DNA of 64,000 nt, from contig CP066687.1 in NCBI GenBank assembly GCA_016432405.1, positions 411,040 through 475,039 of the forward strand, given 5' to 3'. Source of the stretch: Candidatus Giovannonibacteria bacterium (lineage in GTDB: Bacteria > Patescibacteriota > Minisyncoccia > UBA11713 > 2-01-FULL-45-33). Under the pieces are notes generated by a model that had not been told where the DNA came from, did no database searches, and saw only the letters and a program-made list of their open reading frames with translations. The position numbers and the translations under genes were made by a program. This document shows positions 1-8,552 of the stretch, one piece after another. How positions within the stretch are numbered: position 1 is the first letter of the stretch; every line of letters starts with the position of its first letter.

Positions 1-23
1 GCCGATTTCCTCCGAAAAATATT

Positions 24-374
24 TTATTGATAGACAAAGCTCGCGCTTTTGATAATTTCAAGGTTTTTGGGCTCTTCGTATCCTTGGGCAAAAAAATATT
101 CAAGATTCTTGCCGTAACTTGCCGCGACGAACGCGGTCTCGGTTTCCATGTTTTTCTGAAGCGCTTCGTCAGCCGCGGCAGAGAGCGCCGCCCTTTCTGC
201 GGTTTTTGAAACGACCGCGCCGGCAAGGTAAAGATGCACTGAAACAAATAAAATAAAAAGAGAAATCATGCTTTTTAAAATAAGCATTTTTTGTTTTAAA
301 GGCAAATCGGCGGCCTCTTTGCCCGCCGAGATATACGGCCTTGCGTATGAAAACGTTAAATGAAACACGCTCAT
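24..374 (-). CDS. FtsL-like single-pass membrane cell-division protein (positional inference)
   Basis: 116 aa with one central hydrophobic helix (LFILFVSVHLYLAGAVV). It lies immediately downstream of mraZ-rsmH on the same strand with a 4-nt overlap, which is the classic ftsL slot in dcw clusters. No family-level sequence recognition. Confidence 0.45.
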   Translation of the reverse strand: MSVFHLTFSYARPYISAGKEAADLPLKQKMLILKSMISLFILFVSVHLYLAGAVVSKTAERAALSAAADEALQKNMETETAFVAASYGKNLEYFFAQGYEEPKNLEIIKSASFVYQ

Positions 375-1234
375 ATTTTTTCTAAAACTCTTAATTTTGC
401 CGACCTCGCGCTTGAGTTGCGTCTTACTTCTTCATCTCCGGCAACAATCGGCTTTTTTGTTAAAATTTCGGCTCTCCCGTCGGCGCTCAATTTCTTGAAA
501 AAATTCTTCACAATGCGGTCCTCCAAAGAATGGTAGGATATTGCGGCGAGCCGCCCGCCCGGAAGCAAAATTTCAAATCCTTTCAGAAGCCCTTCCAAAA
601 GCGCGGCCAGCTCGTCGTTTACGGCTATGCGCAGCGCTTGGAAAACCCGCGCAAGTAACCTCTCTTTTCCTCTTATGTCATCTATCCCCAAAGCCGCCAA
701 AAAATCTCCTACCGAAAGCATCTTCCCTTTCTTTCTGGCCAAAACCAGTTTTTTCGCAATCAGCCGCGCCCTTGGCTCTTCCCCGAATTCTCTGAATATG
801 CGGGTGAGTTCGCGCTCGCTTGTCTGATTAACTATCTCCGCGGCGCTTTTCGCGCCGGCTCCCAAATTCATCAGCAGCGGCTCTTTAGACCTGCCAAAGG
901 AAAACCCGCGCCCGCTTTGCTCCAGATGCCACCGCGACATTCCCAAATCAAAGAGTATTGCTTTTGCTTTCCCGAAACCTTTTTGCTTGGCCAAAAGGTC
1001 AATGTTTCTGAAATTACCCAGCGCCGTCAGAAAATTTTTATTCTCGGGCATCAGTTTTATCATTGCTTCGTCCTGGTCTATGCCCAAAATAATTCCCTCG
1101 CCGCCGACAAGCCCCAGCATCATCTTTGCGTGCCCGCCGCCGTCCATTGTCGCGTCAATCGCTTTATCGCCCTTCCCTAGATTTAAAAGAGCTTTTAACT
1201 CTTCCGTCAGAACCGGGGTGTGAATCGCCTCCAT
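371..1234 (-). CDS. rsmH: 16S rRNA (cytosine1402-N4)-methyltransferase RsmH/MraW
   Basis: 287 aa. N-terminal HTPVL...DATMDGGGH SAM-binding signature and an RsmH-like C-terminus. Follows mraZ. Confidence 0.9.
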   Translation of the reverse strand: MEAIHTPVLTEELKALLNLGKGDKAIDATMDGGGHAKMMLGLVGGEGIILGIDQDEAMIKLMPENKNFLTALGNFRNIDLLAKQKGFGKAKAILFDLGMSRWHLEQSGRGFSFGRSKEPLLMNLGAGAKSAAEIVNQTSERELTRIFREFGEEPRARLIAKKLVLARKKGKMLSVGDFLAALGIDDIRGKERLLARVFQALRIAVNDELAALLEGLLKGFEILLPGGRLAAISYHSLEDRIVKNFFKKLSADGRAEILTKKPIVAGDEEVRRNSSARSAKLRVLEKI

Positions 1235-1236
1235 TT

Positions 1237-1671
1237 TCAGTAAAGTCCGCTCTCTCCTAATTTCTCCGCTATCGCCTCAACGCTGTCCCGCGAAAGCTCG
1301 CTGTAGTTCGCCCACAAATCCGGATTCCAAATCTCCACTCTGCTGTAAAGTCCGACAACAACTGCCGCCTCCGCCAATTTCGCGTAGACCTTGAGATAGT
1401 CGGGAATTAAAATTCTCCCCAAAGAATCTATTTCAGCGTCAGCGGCTCCCGCTATCATTGTGCGCACAAAGCTGCGGTTCTCGGCTTTGCCCCAAGGGAG
1501 TTTGGCGAGCTTTTCGGCAAGCTCTTTCCATTCACCCAATGGATATAAAAACAGGCACCTATCCAGCCCTCGCGTCAGCACCAGCCGGGTTCCCAAATCC
1601 TTGCGGAATTTTGAAGGTACTGAAATGCGGTTTTTCTGGTCTATTGTGTGTAAATATTCGCCTATTAGCAT
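1237..1671 (-). CDS. mraZ: Transcriptional regulator MraZ
   Basis: 144 aa with duplicated MraZ halves (DQKNRISVP ... GRILIP) and conserved N-terminus MLIGEY. First gene of the dcw cluster. Confidence 0.9.
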   Translation of the reverse strand: MLIGEYLHTIDQKNRISVPSKFRKDLGTRLVLTRGLDRCLFLYPLGEWKELAEKLAKLPWGKAENRSFVRTMIAGAADAEIDSLGRILIPDYLKVYAKLAEAAVVVGLYSRVEIWNPDLWANYSELSRDSVEAIAEKLGESGLY

Positions 1672-1745
1672 GGTGTTATAAGCTCCGACGCTCTGGTCGG
1701 AGCTCCGACTTCTTGAATCTAATTTTTAATGGTGCGTCGGAGTTA

Positions 1746-1776
1746 TCCACATTATCCACAGATTTATCCACATTTT
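1746..1776 (+). promoter_or_regulatory. Cluster of three perfect consensus DnaA boxes (TTATCCACA) upstream of mraZ
   Basis: TTATCCACA occurs at 1746-1754, 1755-1763 and 1768-1776, in tandem and in the same orientation. This is about 75-100 nt upstream of the mraZ start. Confidence 0.5.
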
Positions 1777-1820
1777 CCCACTTCATATTCATTCTAACCC
1801 ACACTAGCTCAATTAGGCAA

Positions 1821-1846
1821 CAAAAAAATGTCCCACTGTGTGGGAC
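1821..1846 (-). terminator. Rho-independent terminator downstream of lysS
   Basis: Perfect hairpin GTCCCAC-TGT-GTGGGAC at 1828-1846. It is followed on the minus strand by a TTTTTTT run (plus-strand AAAAAAA at 1821-1827), about 50 nt after the lysS stop. Confidence 0.55.
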
Positions 1847-1895
1847 AAAATAAAGCTAAATCTACTTATTTATTCACAGCTTGTCCCCAAATATA

Positions 1896-3419
1896 TCATT
1901 TCGGCTTCATTGTGGGGAAAATGATAACTTCCTTAATATTGTGCGTATTCGTTAAAAGCATGGCCAGACGGTCTATGCTTACGGCAAGTCCCGCGGCCGG
2001 GGGCATGCCGTATTCAAGCATTTCTATAAACTCCTCGTCCATCGGATGGGCCTCTTTGTTTTCCGCGGCTCTTAATTTCTCCTGCGCCTCCAGGCGCCTC
2101 CTTTGCTCTTCCGGGTCGTTAAGTTCGGAAAAGCCATTGGCAAGTTCCAGGCCGCCAACAATAAGCTGAAAACGGTCAACAATCTTCGGGTTGCCGGAAA
2201 TACCCGCCTTGCCGTCGGGCAGGTTTTTCGCCAAAGGAGACATTTCTATCGGGTAGTCCACGACATAGACCGGATTTGTCATCTTGGGGCGGCAGATTTT
2301 TTTGAAAATCTCATCCGATATTTTTTCTTTTGTTTCCCATCCTTCGGAATTTATGCCGAATTGTTTCGCGCGTAAAGCCAAATCCTCGCGGTTCAACTTT
2401 TCGGCTCCGGGAAGCAGGGCGTACCTTTCAAGCGTCTGCCAGAATTTTATCGTAGGTACTTTTTTTGGAAATTTGAGCGCCTTCCCTTCAAATTTAAACA
2501 CCGGCGCGCCCAAAACGCTTTTAATCAGCTTCTCCAAGGTCTCGGAAATAAAATCCCTAAGGTATGCCGCGTCTTTGTAAGCGGCGTAAAGCTCTACGGT
2601 GGTAAATTCAGGATTATGGGTCGCGTCCAAGCCCTCGTTCCTGAAGTTTTTTCCAATTTCGTAAATTTTATTAAATCCCGCCGCGAGCAATCTTTTTAAA
2701 TAAAGCTCCGGGGCGATTCTTAAATACATATCCATCTCCAGCATGCGATGGCGCGTCTTAAACGGCTCTGCCAGCGCCCCGCCGTATATCGGTTGGAGTA
2801 TCGGGGTTTCCACTTCTATATAATTTTCCTTGTCTAAAATATTCCGCAAATTTCGTACGATGCCGGATCGGAGTAAAAAACGCTCCATCACCTCCGGATT
2901 CATCAAAACGTCCAGATACCTTTTGCGGAACCGCTCCTCAATATCCTGAAGCCCGTGCCATTTCTCCGGCAGCGGAAGAAATGATTTTGCCAGCATCTGC
3001 CAGCGCGCGGCTTCAATGGTCGGCTCGCGCTTTTTGGTGTAAAAAGGCCTGCCGCAGACCGCGACGAAATCGCCAACGTCGGCCGCATCCGCAAATAATT
3101 TATATGGCTCGGCGCCTACTTTATCTTCTCCCATGAAAATCTGAATCCTCCCGCCTGCGGCGAGTCCGCCAGCTGGCGGATTAGAACCATCAAAAATATC
3201 AAAAAAAACGGCTCCGCCGTGCCCGCGCTTGGCCATAATTCTCCCGGCAGCGCACACGGATTTTTTTGCCGCGGCCCGCTTCTTAAAATTTTTTTTCACG
3301 GCGCTTATTTCCGTAAGCGCGAACGGCGCGGCGGCGGGATAAGGGTCAATCCCAAATGAGCGCAAAATGCCGGTTTTCCTGACGCGATGTTTTCTTATTT
3401 CTTCTCCCGAAGAAGACAT
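1896..3419 (-). CDS. lysS: Lysyl-tRNA synthetase, class II
   Basis: 507 aa. N-terminal OB anticodon-binding region, class II motifs, and the LysRS-typical segment NPEFTTVELYAAYKD...GLELANGFSELNDP...GMPPAAGLAVSIDRL. Confidence 0.9.
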   Translation of the reverse strand: MSSSGEEIRKHRVRKTGILRSFGIDPYPAAAPFALTEISAVKKNFKKRAAAKKSVCAAGRIMAKRGHGGAVFFDIFDGSNPPAGGLAAGGRIQIFMGEDKVGAEPYKLFADAADVGDFVAVCGRPFYTKKREPTIEAARWQMLAKSFLPLPEKWHGLQDIEERFRKRYLDVLMNPEVMERFLLRSGIVRNLRNILDKENYIEVETPILQPIYGGALAEPFKTRHRMLEMDMYLRIAPELYLKRLLAAGFNKIYEIGKNFRNEGLDATHNPEFTTVELYAAYKDAAYLRDFISETLEKLIKSVLGAPVFKFEGKALKFPKKVPTIKFWQTLERYALLPGAEKLNREDLALRAKQFGINSEGWETKEKISDEIFKKICRPKMTNPVYVVDYPIEMSPLAKNLPDGKAGISGNPKIVDRFQLIVGGLELANGFSELNDPEEQRRRLEAQEKLRAAENKEAHPMDEEFIEMLEYGMPPAAGLAVSIDRLAMLLTNTHNIKEVIIFPTMKPK

Positions 3420-3422
3420 ATT

Positions 3423-3893
3423 TTAAATTATATCAACGATTTTATACAAAACCGCGCCCTTTGGCGTTTGAGCCGAAACGGAATCGTATTTTTTACGTCC
3501 CAAGAGCGCCTTGCCCAGCGGGGATTCGTTTGAAATCTTGTTCTCGGCGGGAGAGGCCTCGTTTGAACCAACGATGGTGAAGGTGAGCCGCTGGCCGGAA
3601 GGGTCTTCAACCGTGATTTTTGACCCTATGTTCGCGGCGCCTCCTTTGGCGCCGCCTTCAACTACTATGGCCCGGCGGAGCATATCTTCCAGCTCTGCTA
3701 TTTTGGCCTCGTTTAATATCTGCGACTCTTTCGCCTCCTGATATTCCGAGTTTTCCGACAAATCACCCAAGCTCTTCGCAAACTCAAGCCGGTCGGCTAT
3801 TTCCTTCCGTTTTTTGGTCTTAAGCGCTTCAAGTTCTTTTTTAAGCTTTGCCAGACCTTCTTTTGAAAAATAAGCTGAATCTAGATCGTTCAT
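3423..3893 (-). CDS. greA: Transcription elongation factor GreA
   Basis: 156 aa. N-terminal coiled-coil (LTxEGLxKLKxEL...SENSEYxxAKExQ) and a C-terminal FKBP-like domain (VEDPSGQRLTFTIVG). Confidence 0.9.
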   Translation of the reverse strand: MNDLDSAYFSKEGLAKLKKELEALKTKKRKEIADRLEFAKSLGDLSENSEYQEAKESQILNEAKIAELEDMLRRAIVVEGGAKGGAANIGSKITVEDPSGQRLTFTIVGSNEASPAENKISNESPLGKALLGRKKYDSVSAQTPKGAVLYKIVDII

Positions 3894-4111
3894 AATTTAA
3901 TTTGTCTATTTGGGGAGTATATCATTATTACAAATTTATACCAATGGGGATATTATTGAAGCATTTAAGCAATAAGAATTCCCAAAAACTGAATTATAAA
4001 TCTGAGCGCTATCGCATTCAAACTTAGAATTCCAAATTTGCAATTTTCACGCTATAGCAAGTAAATTGCAAATTCAAAATTATACATACTTTTACGATCG
4101 TGAGAGAATGA

Positions 4112-4162
4112 ACAAAAATGACAAAACAAAAAGGCCCCTGGTACAATAACCAGACAGGGCCT
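4112..4162 (-). terminator. Rho-independent terminator of hypothetical gene 4201..4785
   Basis: Hairpin AGGCCC(C)TG-N13-CAGGGCCT at 4132-4162, followed on the minus strand by a T-rich run (rc of 4112-4131 = TTTTGTTTTGTCATTTTTGT). Confidence 0.45.
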
Positions 4163-4200
4163 TTCTTTTTTGTTGATTTTGCGGAGGAGCGGACGAATCG

Positions 4201-4785
4201 TCACAGAACAGCTGGGAATTTCGGGAGGCGACTGCCTGGCATATCAACATTGAAACCAGCGATGAGAAAATGGATGAAGTCAGTCCACTGGCATCTGTAT
4301 AACCTGTTTCCTTTCTGAAGGACTTTCATTTCCTCCAGAAGTAGGGAGATGCGTCGAAGGATGATGGGTACCACCCTACTTTTCTTGTCAAGCTCCTTCT
4401 TAAAATTCGTTGTTCTGCCATCTTCCCACTCCCACATTACACCGTCGTAAGCTTGTCTTAAGCGGCTCATTACTTCATTCTCACTAAGACCAAGCTTATG
4501 GCCGTTGAAGAGTGCCACTGCGACACAGACGGGGAGTGGCATAAGAGGCAACGAGCCAGAATCGGAATCCTGGCCAACAACTATAGCCAGCAATTCCGTA
4601 TTGTCAGGAGCTTTCCCGAGCCACGTTTCAATCTCTTTCAAACTTTCCCGATCCTCGTGCATAGAAACATTCAAGACAACATTTGTCCTCGGCTCCTCTT
4701 CCATTTCTCCAACGGGAATGAGAAACGCTAAGAATGTACGGAGCCTTCTTAGTTGTTCTCTGAGCGATTTATTAACATTTTCCAT
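4201..4785 (-). CDS. Hypothetical protein, compositionally distinct (possible acquired accessory gene)
   Basis: 194-aa ORF with no recognisable family. Its GC is about 47%, versus about 55% for the flanking core genes. It has its own terminator and is bounded by AT-rich non-coding DNA between greA and PBP2. Confidence 0.5.
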   Translation of the reverse strand: MENVNKSLREQLRRLRTFLAFLIPVGEMEEEPRTNVVLNVSMHEDRESLKEIETWLGKAPDNTELLAIVVGQDSDSGSLPLMPLPVCVAVALFNGHKLGLSENEVMSRLRQAYDGVMWEWEDGRTTNFKKELDKKSRVVPIILRRISLLLEEMKVLQKGNRLYRCQWTDFIHFLIAGFNVDMPGSRLPKFPAVL

Positions 4786-4829
4786 TATTAAGCTCCTTTT
4801 TGTGAATGGGCTACTTTGGCTAGCCTGCC

Positions 4830-6545
4830 CTATTCTCTGCCCCCATTATACTCCCAAAAAAGCTGTTTGTCAATAGTATCTAAAAAACCCGTGTCCGCCG
4901 CCCACCGGAAAACTTCCGAAGCGACGTATGTCGCGCCAATCGTGTTTTGCCGCGGCCCAGATTCAAGCAATATCGCAAATGCCAGCCGCGGAGCGCCTGC
5001 CGGCAAAAACCCTATTGACCATGAATTCACCCTGTCTTTTTGGCCAAGCTCCGCAGTGCCCGTTTTGGCCGCGATCTCCAGCGGAATGCCGCCGAGCCCG
5101 GCCGCCGTGCCGCGGAGCGCCGACGCCCTCATCCCGTCTTGGATAACTCTAAAAATTTCCGGCGGCAGCGCCAATTTTTCTTTCTGGGGGTAGCTAAAAA
5201 CCTGAACCGGTTTTTTGTTTTGGTCTAAAACCGCGGTAACTAAATGGGGATAAACAATTGCCCCTTCCCCCGCTATGGCCGATGCGTAAACTGCTGCCTC
5301 AATCGGCGTTATGGAAATATTCCCCTGGCCGATGGAGATGTGATAAGTGTCGCCCACGGTCCAATCTCTCCCGCCTTGTTTTTCCAACGGGTCCGGCAGG
5401 TGCCCGGACGCCTCCCCCGGCAAATCAATTCCGCTTTTTGAATCCATCCCGAACATGGATAAATATTTTTTTATGTTCCACGGCCCGAGGCCTTTCCGGC
5501 CCTGGTATCCTCCGCCGATTTCATAAAAATAAACGTCGCTGGACTGGGCAAGTGCTTGGCGCATATCAACCCATCCATGGGCTTTCCAATCCAAAAATAT
5601 ATTTGGCCGCGACGGGTCGTAGGGATTCGGCAAGCTTATGCTCCCGGTGCTTAAAATTTTTTCCTCCGGAGTTATAATATTTTCAAAAAGCGCGCCGGCC
5701 GCCAGCGCCGGCTTGACTATTGACCCCGGAGCGTAAAGCCCGGAGACGGCCCTGTTTAAAAACGGCTTGCCGGCGTCGCCAAGAATCCTGTTTACCTCCT
5801 CCGGTTTGTTTCTGCCTGCGAGCAGATTGGGGTCAAATTCCGGCGCGCTTACAAGGGCAAGAATTTCGCCGCTTCGCGCGTCCATAATCACTCCGGCTCC
5901 GCCCCGAAATCCTCTGGAGCGCATTGTCTCGTCCAGCGCCTCCGCAAGCTTTTGCTGAAGGTCGTAAGAGATGCTTGTTAAAATATTTTCGCCCGGCTTG
6001 CCTTTCTCCAAAATCCCTTCGCCAATCACGTTTCCTTTCGCGTCAACTTCCTCAATTCCTTTGGCGGGCTCTCCCCGGAGCACTTCGTCGTAAGACGATT
6101 CAAGCCCGCTCGCTCCATAAGCAAGTTCACCCTGCTCTTTGCCGGAATAACTTAAAAAACCCAAAACGTGCAGAAATCCGCGCGGCGGATATTTTCTCAC
6201 GCCGCCGGAGACGGCGGTTTCGTTGTAGGCAAGAGGGCGCATATCCCTGTCGTAAATTATCCCCCGCTCAACGCGTTGGCTCACCGCTCTCAAAAAATTT
6301 TTCTCCGCGCGCGCGAGAAACGCCTCCCCGTTTACGATTTGAAGAAAATAAGCGCGCGAACCAAAAAACAAAAACGTCGCGGCGATAACTGCGGCCAAAA
6401 ACCAGAACATTTCCTTCTTTACCGGATTTTCTATCATGCCCTCAAGATTTTCCTTGCGGAAACCGGGCGAGTTTTTTTGGTCCAGAAAAATCTCGTCTAT
6501 TTCTATTTCTCTTTTATCCTTCCGCGCCATAAAATATGCCCGCAA
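4830..6545 (-). CDS. mrdA: Penicillin-binding protein 2 (elongation-specific transpeptidase, MrdA-like)
   Basis: 571 aa. N-terminal TM anchor, transpeptidase motifs (SxxK-type region, SGS..., KTGTAE), and a position directly after mreBCD. Confidence 0.85.
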   Translation of the reverse strand: MRAYFMARKDKREIEIDEIFLDQKNSPGFRKENLEGMIENPVKKEMFWFLAAVIAATFLFFGSRAYFLQIVNGEAFLARAEKNFLRAVSQRVERGIIYDRDMRPLAYNETAVSGGVRKYPPRGFLHVLGFLSYSGKEQGELAYGASGLESSYDEVLRGEPAKGIEEVDAKGNVIGEGILEKGKPGENILTSISYDLQQKLAEALDETMRSRGFRGGAGVIMDARSGEILALVSAPEFDPNLLAGRNKPEEVNRILGDAGKPFLNRAVSGLYAPGSIVKPALAAGALFENIITPEEKILSTGSISLPNPYDPSRPNIFLDWKAHGWVDMRQALAQSSDVYFYEIGGGYQGRKGLGPWNIKKYLSMFGMDSKSGIDLPGEASGHLPDPLEKQGGRDWTVGDTYHISIGQGNISITPIEAAVYASAIAGEGAIVYPHLVTAVLDQNKKPVQVFSYPQKEKLALPPEIFRVIQDGMRASALRGTAAGLGGIPLEIAAKTGTAELGQKDRVNSWSIGFLPAGAPRLAFAILLESGPRQNTIGATYVASEVFRWAADTGFLDTIDKQLFWEYNGGRE

Positions 6546-6822
6546 TGATTAAGAAGGGCGATAAGTAAGCGGCGATGTGAGTCAGCGCCTTGGCGGACGG
6601 CAAAACGCCGCCGCCCAAAAAAATCGTTAAAAACAACATAAGCGCGGCCCCTGAAATCCAGGCGACGGCCAGATTCGCAAGCCTGGTTGTAAAAGGAAGC
6701 GCGCTCAGCAAAGCCGCGGCGACCATTAAAGGAACCAAATAAAATCCAAAAGGGCCCGCCCCAAAACTTTCAAACACAATACCGTATAAAAACGCCGAAA
6801 TTAAAATCTTATAATCAATCAT
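6514..6822 (-). CDS. mreD: Rod shape-determining protein MreD-like (polytopic membrane protein)
   Basis: 102 aa and almost entirely hydrophobic helices. Sits between mreC and PBP2 in the canonical order. Confidence 0.6.
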   Translation of the reverse strand: MIDYKILISAFLYGIVFESFGAGPFGFYLVPLMVAAALLSALPFTTRLANLAVAWISGAALMLFLTIFLGGGVLPSAKALTHIAAYLSPFLIIAGIFYGAEG

Positions 6823-7520
6823 TTTTTCAAAATCACCCTGACTTCGTAAAGCTCGCCCGGGTAAAATGGCGTTCTTATGAAAACTTTTTTTAACTGGCTC
6901 CCCTCTTCAACCGCGATTTTATCCACAAGCCCGGCTATGTAGTCAGGCAAATCCGAAAAGCGCGCCGCATCCCCGACTTTAACGTCCGCGCCGGCCGGAA
7001 GTTCTGCGACAAACTCGCCTCCCCCTCGCCCCCTTGCCTCCACCGGAGAGCCGGGCTCCTTGCCCAAGCGCAGCGCCGCCTCCTCGCCAATTCTGCCGGA
7101 AAGCAAAACCTTGCTCCTGCCGTTTAAGCTTTCGGAAACCCTTCCAACCAAAACGCCGCCTTCTGAAATTACCGGATCTCCCGGCTCCACCCCCGCATCA
7201 TTCCCAATGTTAACGAAAACCGCGTCCATAAAAAAATATCCGCCGCCAAAGATAACTTTTGCGGGGAGAGAGCGCGGCGCCCGCAGGCCCAGAGAGTTTT
7301 TCAAAAGCCCGTTTTCGCGCTCAAGGTCCGCTATTCTCAAAAGCAGGGCGAGGTCTTGGCGGCTTGTGCGCAGCCCTTCCGACTCCGGAGCGAAAAATAA
7401 AACAGCTCTCGCAGTAATATTTTTCAAAAACACCTTTGGTGCGTTAAAAAAAAGAAGCGTAATTATCGCCGCCAATAAAATAATTTTTTTATTTCGGCGG
7501 AATGTCATAGTCGTCTTCAA
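6819..7520 (-). CDS. mreC: Rod shape-determining protein MreC
   Basis: 233 aa. N-terminal TM, a coiled-coil, and beta-rich C-terminal domains (GDPVISEGGVLVGRV, GxxVxTSG-like). Immediately downstream of mreB. Confidence 0.75.
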   Translation of the reverse strand: MKTTMTFRRNKKIILLAAIITLLFFNAPKVFLKNITARAVLFFAPESEGLRTSRQDLALLLRIADLERENGLLKNSLGLRAPRSLPAKVIFGGGYFFMDAVFVNIGNDAGVEPGDPVISEGGVLVGRVSESLNGRSKVLLSGRIGEEAALRLGKEPGSPVEARGRGGGEFVAELPAGADVKVGDAARFSDLPDYIAGLVDKIAVEEGSQLKKVFIRTPFYPGELYEVRVILKK

Positions 7521-8541
7521 TAAAAACTTCGCGGAGTCCCTCCAAATCCTCCAAAATTATGCCGGTGCCGCGGACGACCGCCGTGAGCGGGTCTTCCATC
7601 AGATAAACCGGCATTTTTGTCTCCCTTTCCAAGAGCCGGTCCAGGCCTCTTATCAATCCTCCTCCGCCCACAAGCAATATCCCGCGGTGCATAATGTCCG
7701 CCACAAGTTCCGGAGGGGTGTCTTCAATGGTCGCTTTCACCGCCTCAACGATTGTCTTAGTTGATTTTGAGAGAGCCGCCCGCACGTCGCTGTCCGTAAT
7801 CAAAACTTCTCTCGGCAAACCGGTGACCAAATCCCGGCCGCGCAAAGTCCCCTCCAAAACCTCATTTGTTTTCCAAACGGAGCCGATTGAAATTTTAACA
7901 TCCTCCGCGGTGCGCTCGCCGATAAGAAGCTTAAATTCGTCCCTGGCGTAATTGGCAATATCTTCGTTGAATCTGTCTCCGGCAATGCGTAGATTGCGCG
8001 AAGCGACTATCCCCCCAAGCGAAATTACCGCTATATCCGTGGTCCCTCCGCCCAAATCTATAACCATGCTTCCGACCGCTTCTTGTATGGGCAGGCGCGC
8101 GCCGATGGCGGCGGCCATCGGCTCTTCCACCAAATAAACTTCCCTCGCGCCGGCGCTGTGAGCCGCGTCTCTCACGGCTCTTCGCTCAACCTCTGTAATG
8201 CTTGAAGGAATGCCGATGACGACTCTGGGCCTCGCGAAAAGCTGAGAAGTCGCGCTATGCACGCTTTTTATAAAATAAGTAAGCATCTCCGCCGTCACCT
8301 CAAAATCAGAAATCACGCCCTCCACCAAAGGGCGCATGGCCACGATATGCCCCGGCGTGCGGCCGACCATTTTCTTCGCCTCGTTGCCGATAGCCACCAC
8401 CTGCCCGGTTTTTTGGTTAAGCGCGACGACGGACGGCTCGTTTATCACAATCCCTTCGCCTTTTACATAAACCAGGGTGTTGGCCGTGCCTAAATCAATC
8501 CCCAGGTCTTTTGAAAATGCTCCGAAAATTTTATTAAACAT
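7489..8541 (-). CDS. mreB: Rod shape-determining actin homolog MreB
   Basis: 350 aa with actin-fold motifs: DLGTANTLVYVKG, VIDLGGGTTD, GIxLVGGG. Confidence 0.9.
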   Translation of the reverse strand: MFNKIFGAFSKDLGIDLGTANTLVYVKGEGIVINEPSVVALNQKTGQVVAIGNEAKKMVGRTPGHIVAMRPLVEGVISDFEVTAEMLTYFIKSVHSATSQLFARPRVVIGIPSSITEVERRAVRDAAHSAGAREVYLVEEPMAAAIGARLPIQEAVGSMVIDLGGGTTDIAVISLGGIVASRNLRIAGDRFNEDIANYARDEFKLLIGERTAEDVKISIGSVWKTNEVLEGTLRGRDLVTGLPREVLITDSDVRAALSKSTKTIVEAVKATIEDTPPELVADIMHRGILLVGGGGLIRGLDRLLERETKMPVYLMEDPLTAVVRGTGIILEDLEGLREVFIEDDYDIPPK

Positions 8542-8552
8542 GACACTACGAA

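Noticed and set aside
4118-4318. 66-aa plus-strand ORF overlapping the terminator and 3' end of the hypothetical gene
   Set aside because: It overlaps the better-supported minus-strand gene and its terminator hairpin. No coding signal.
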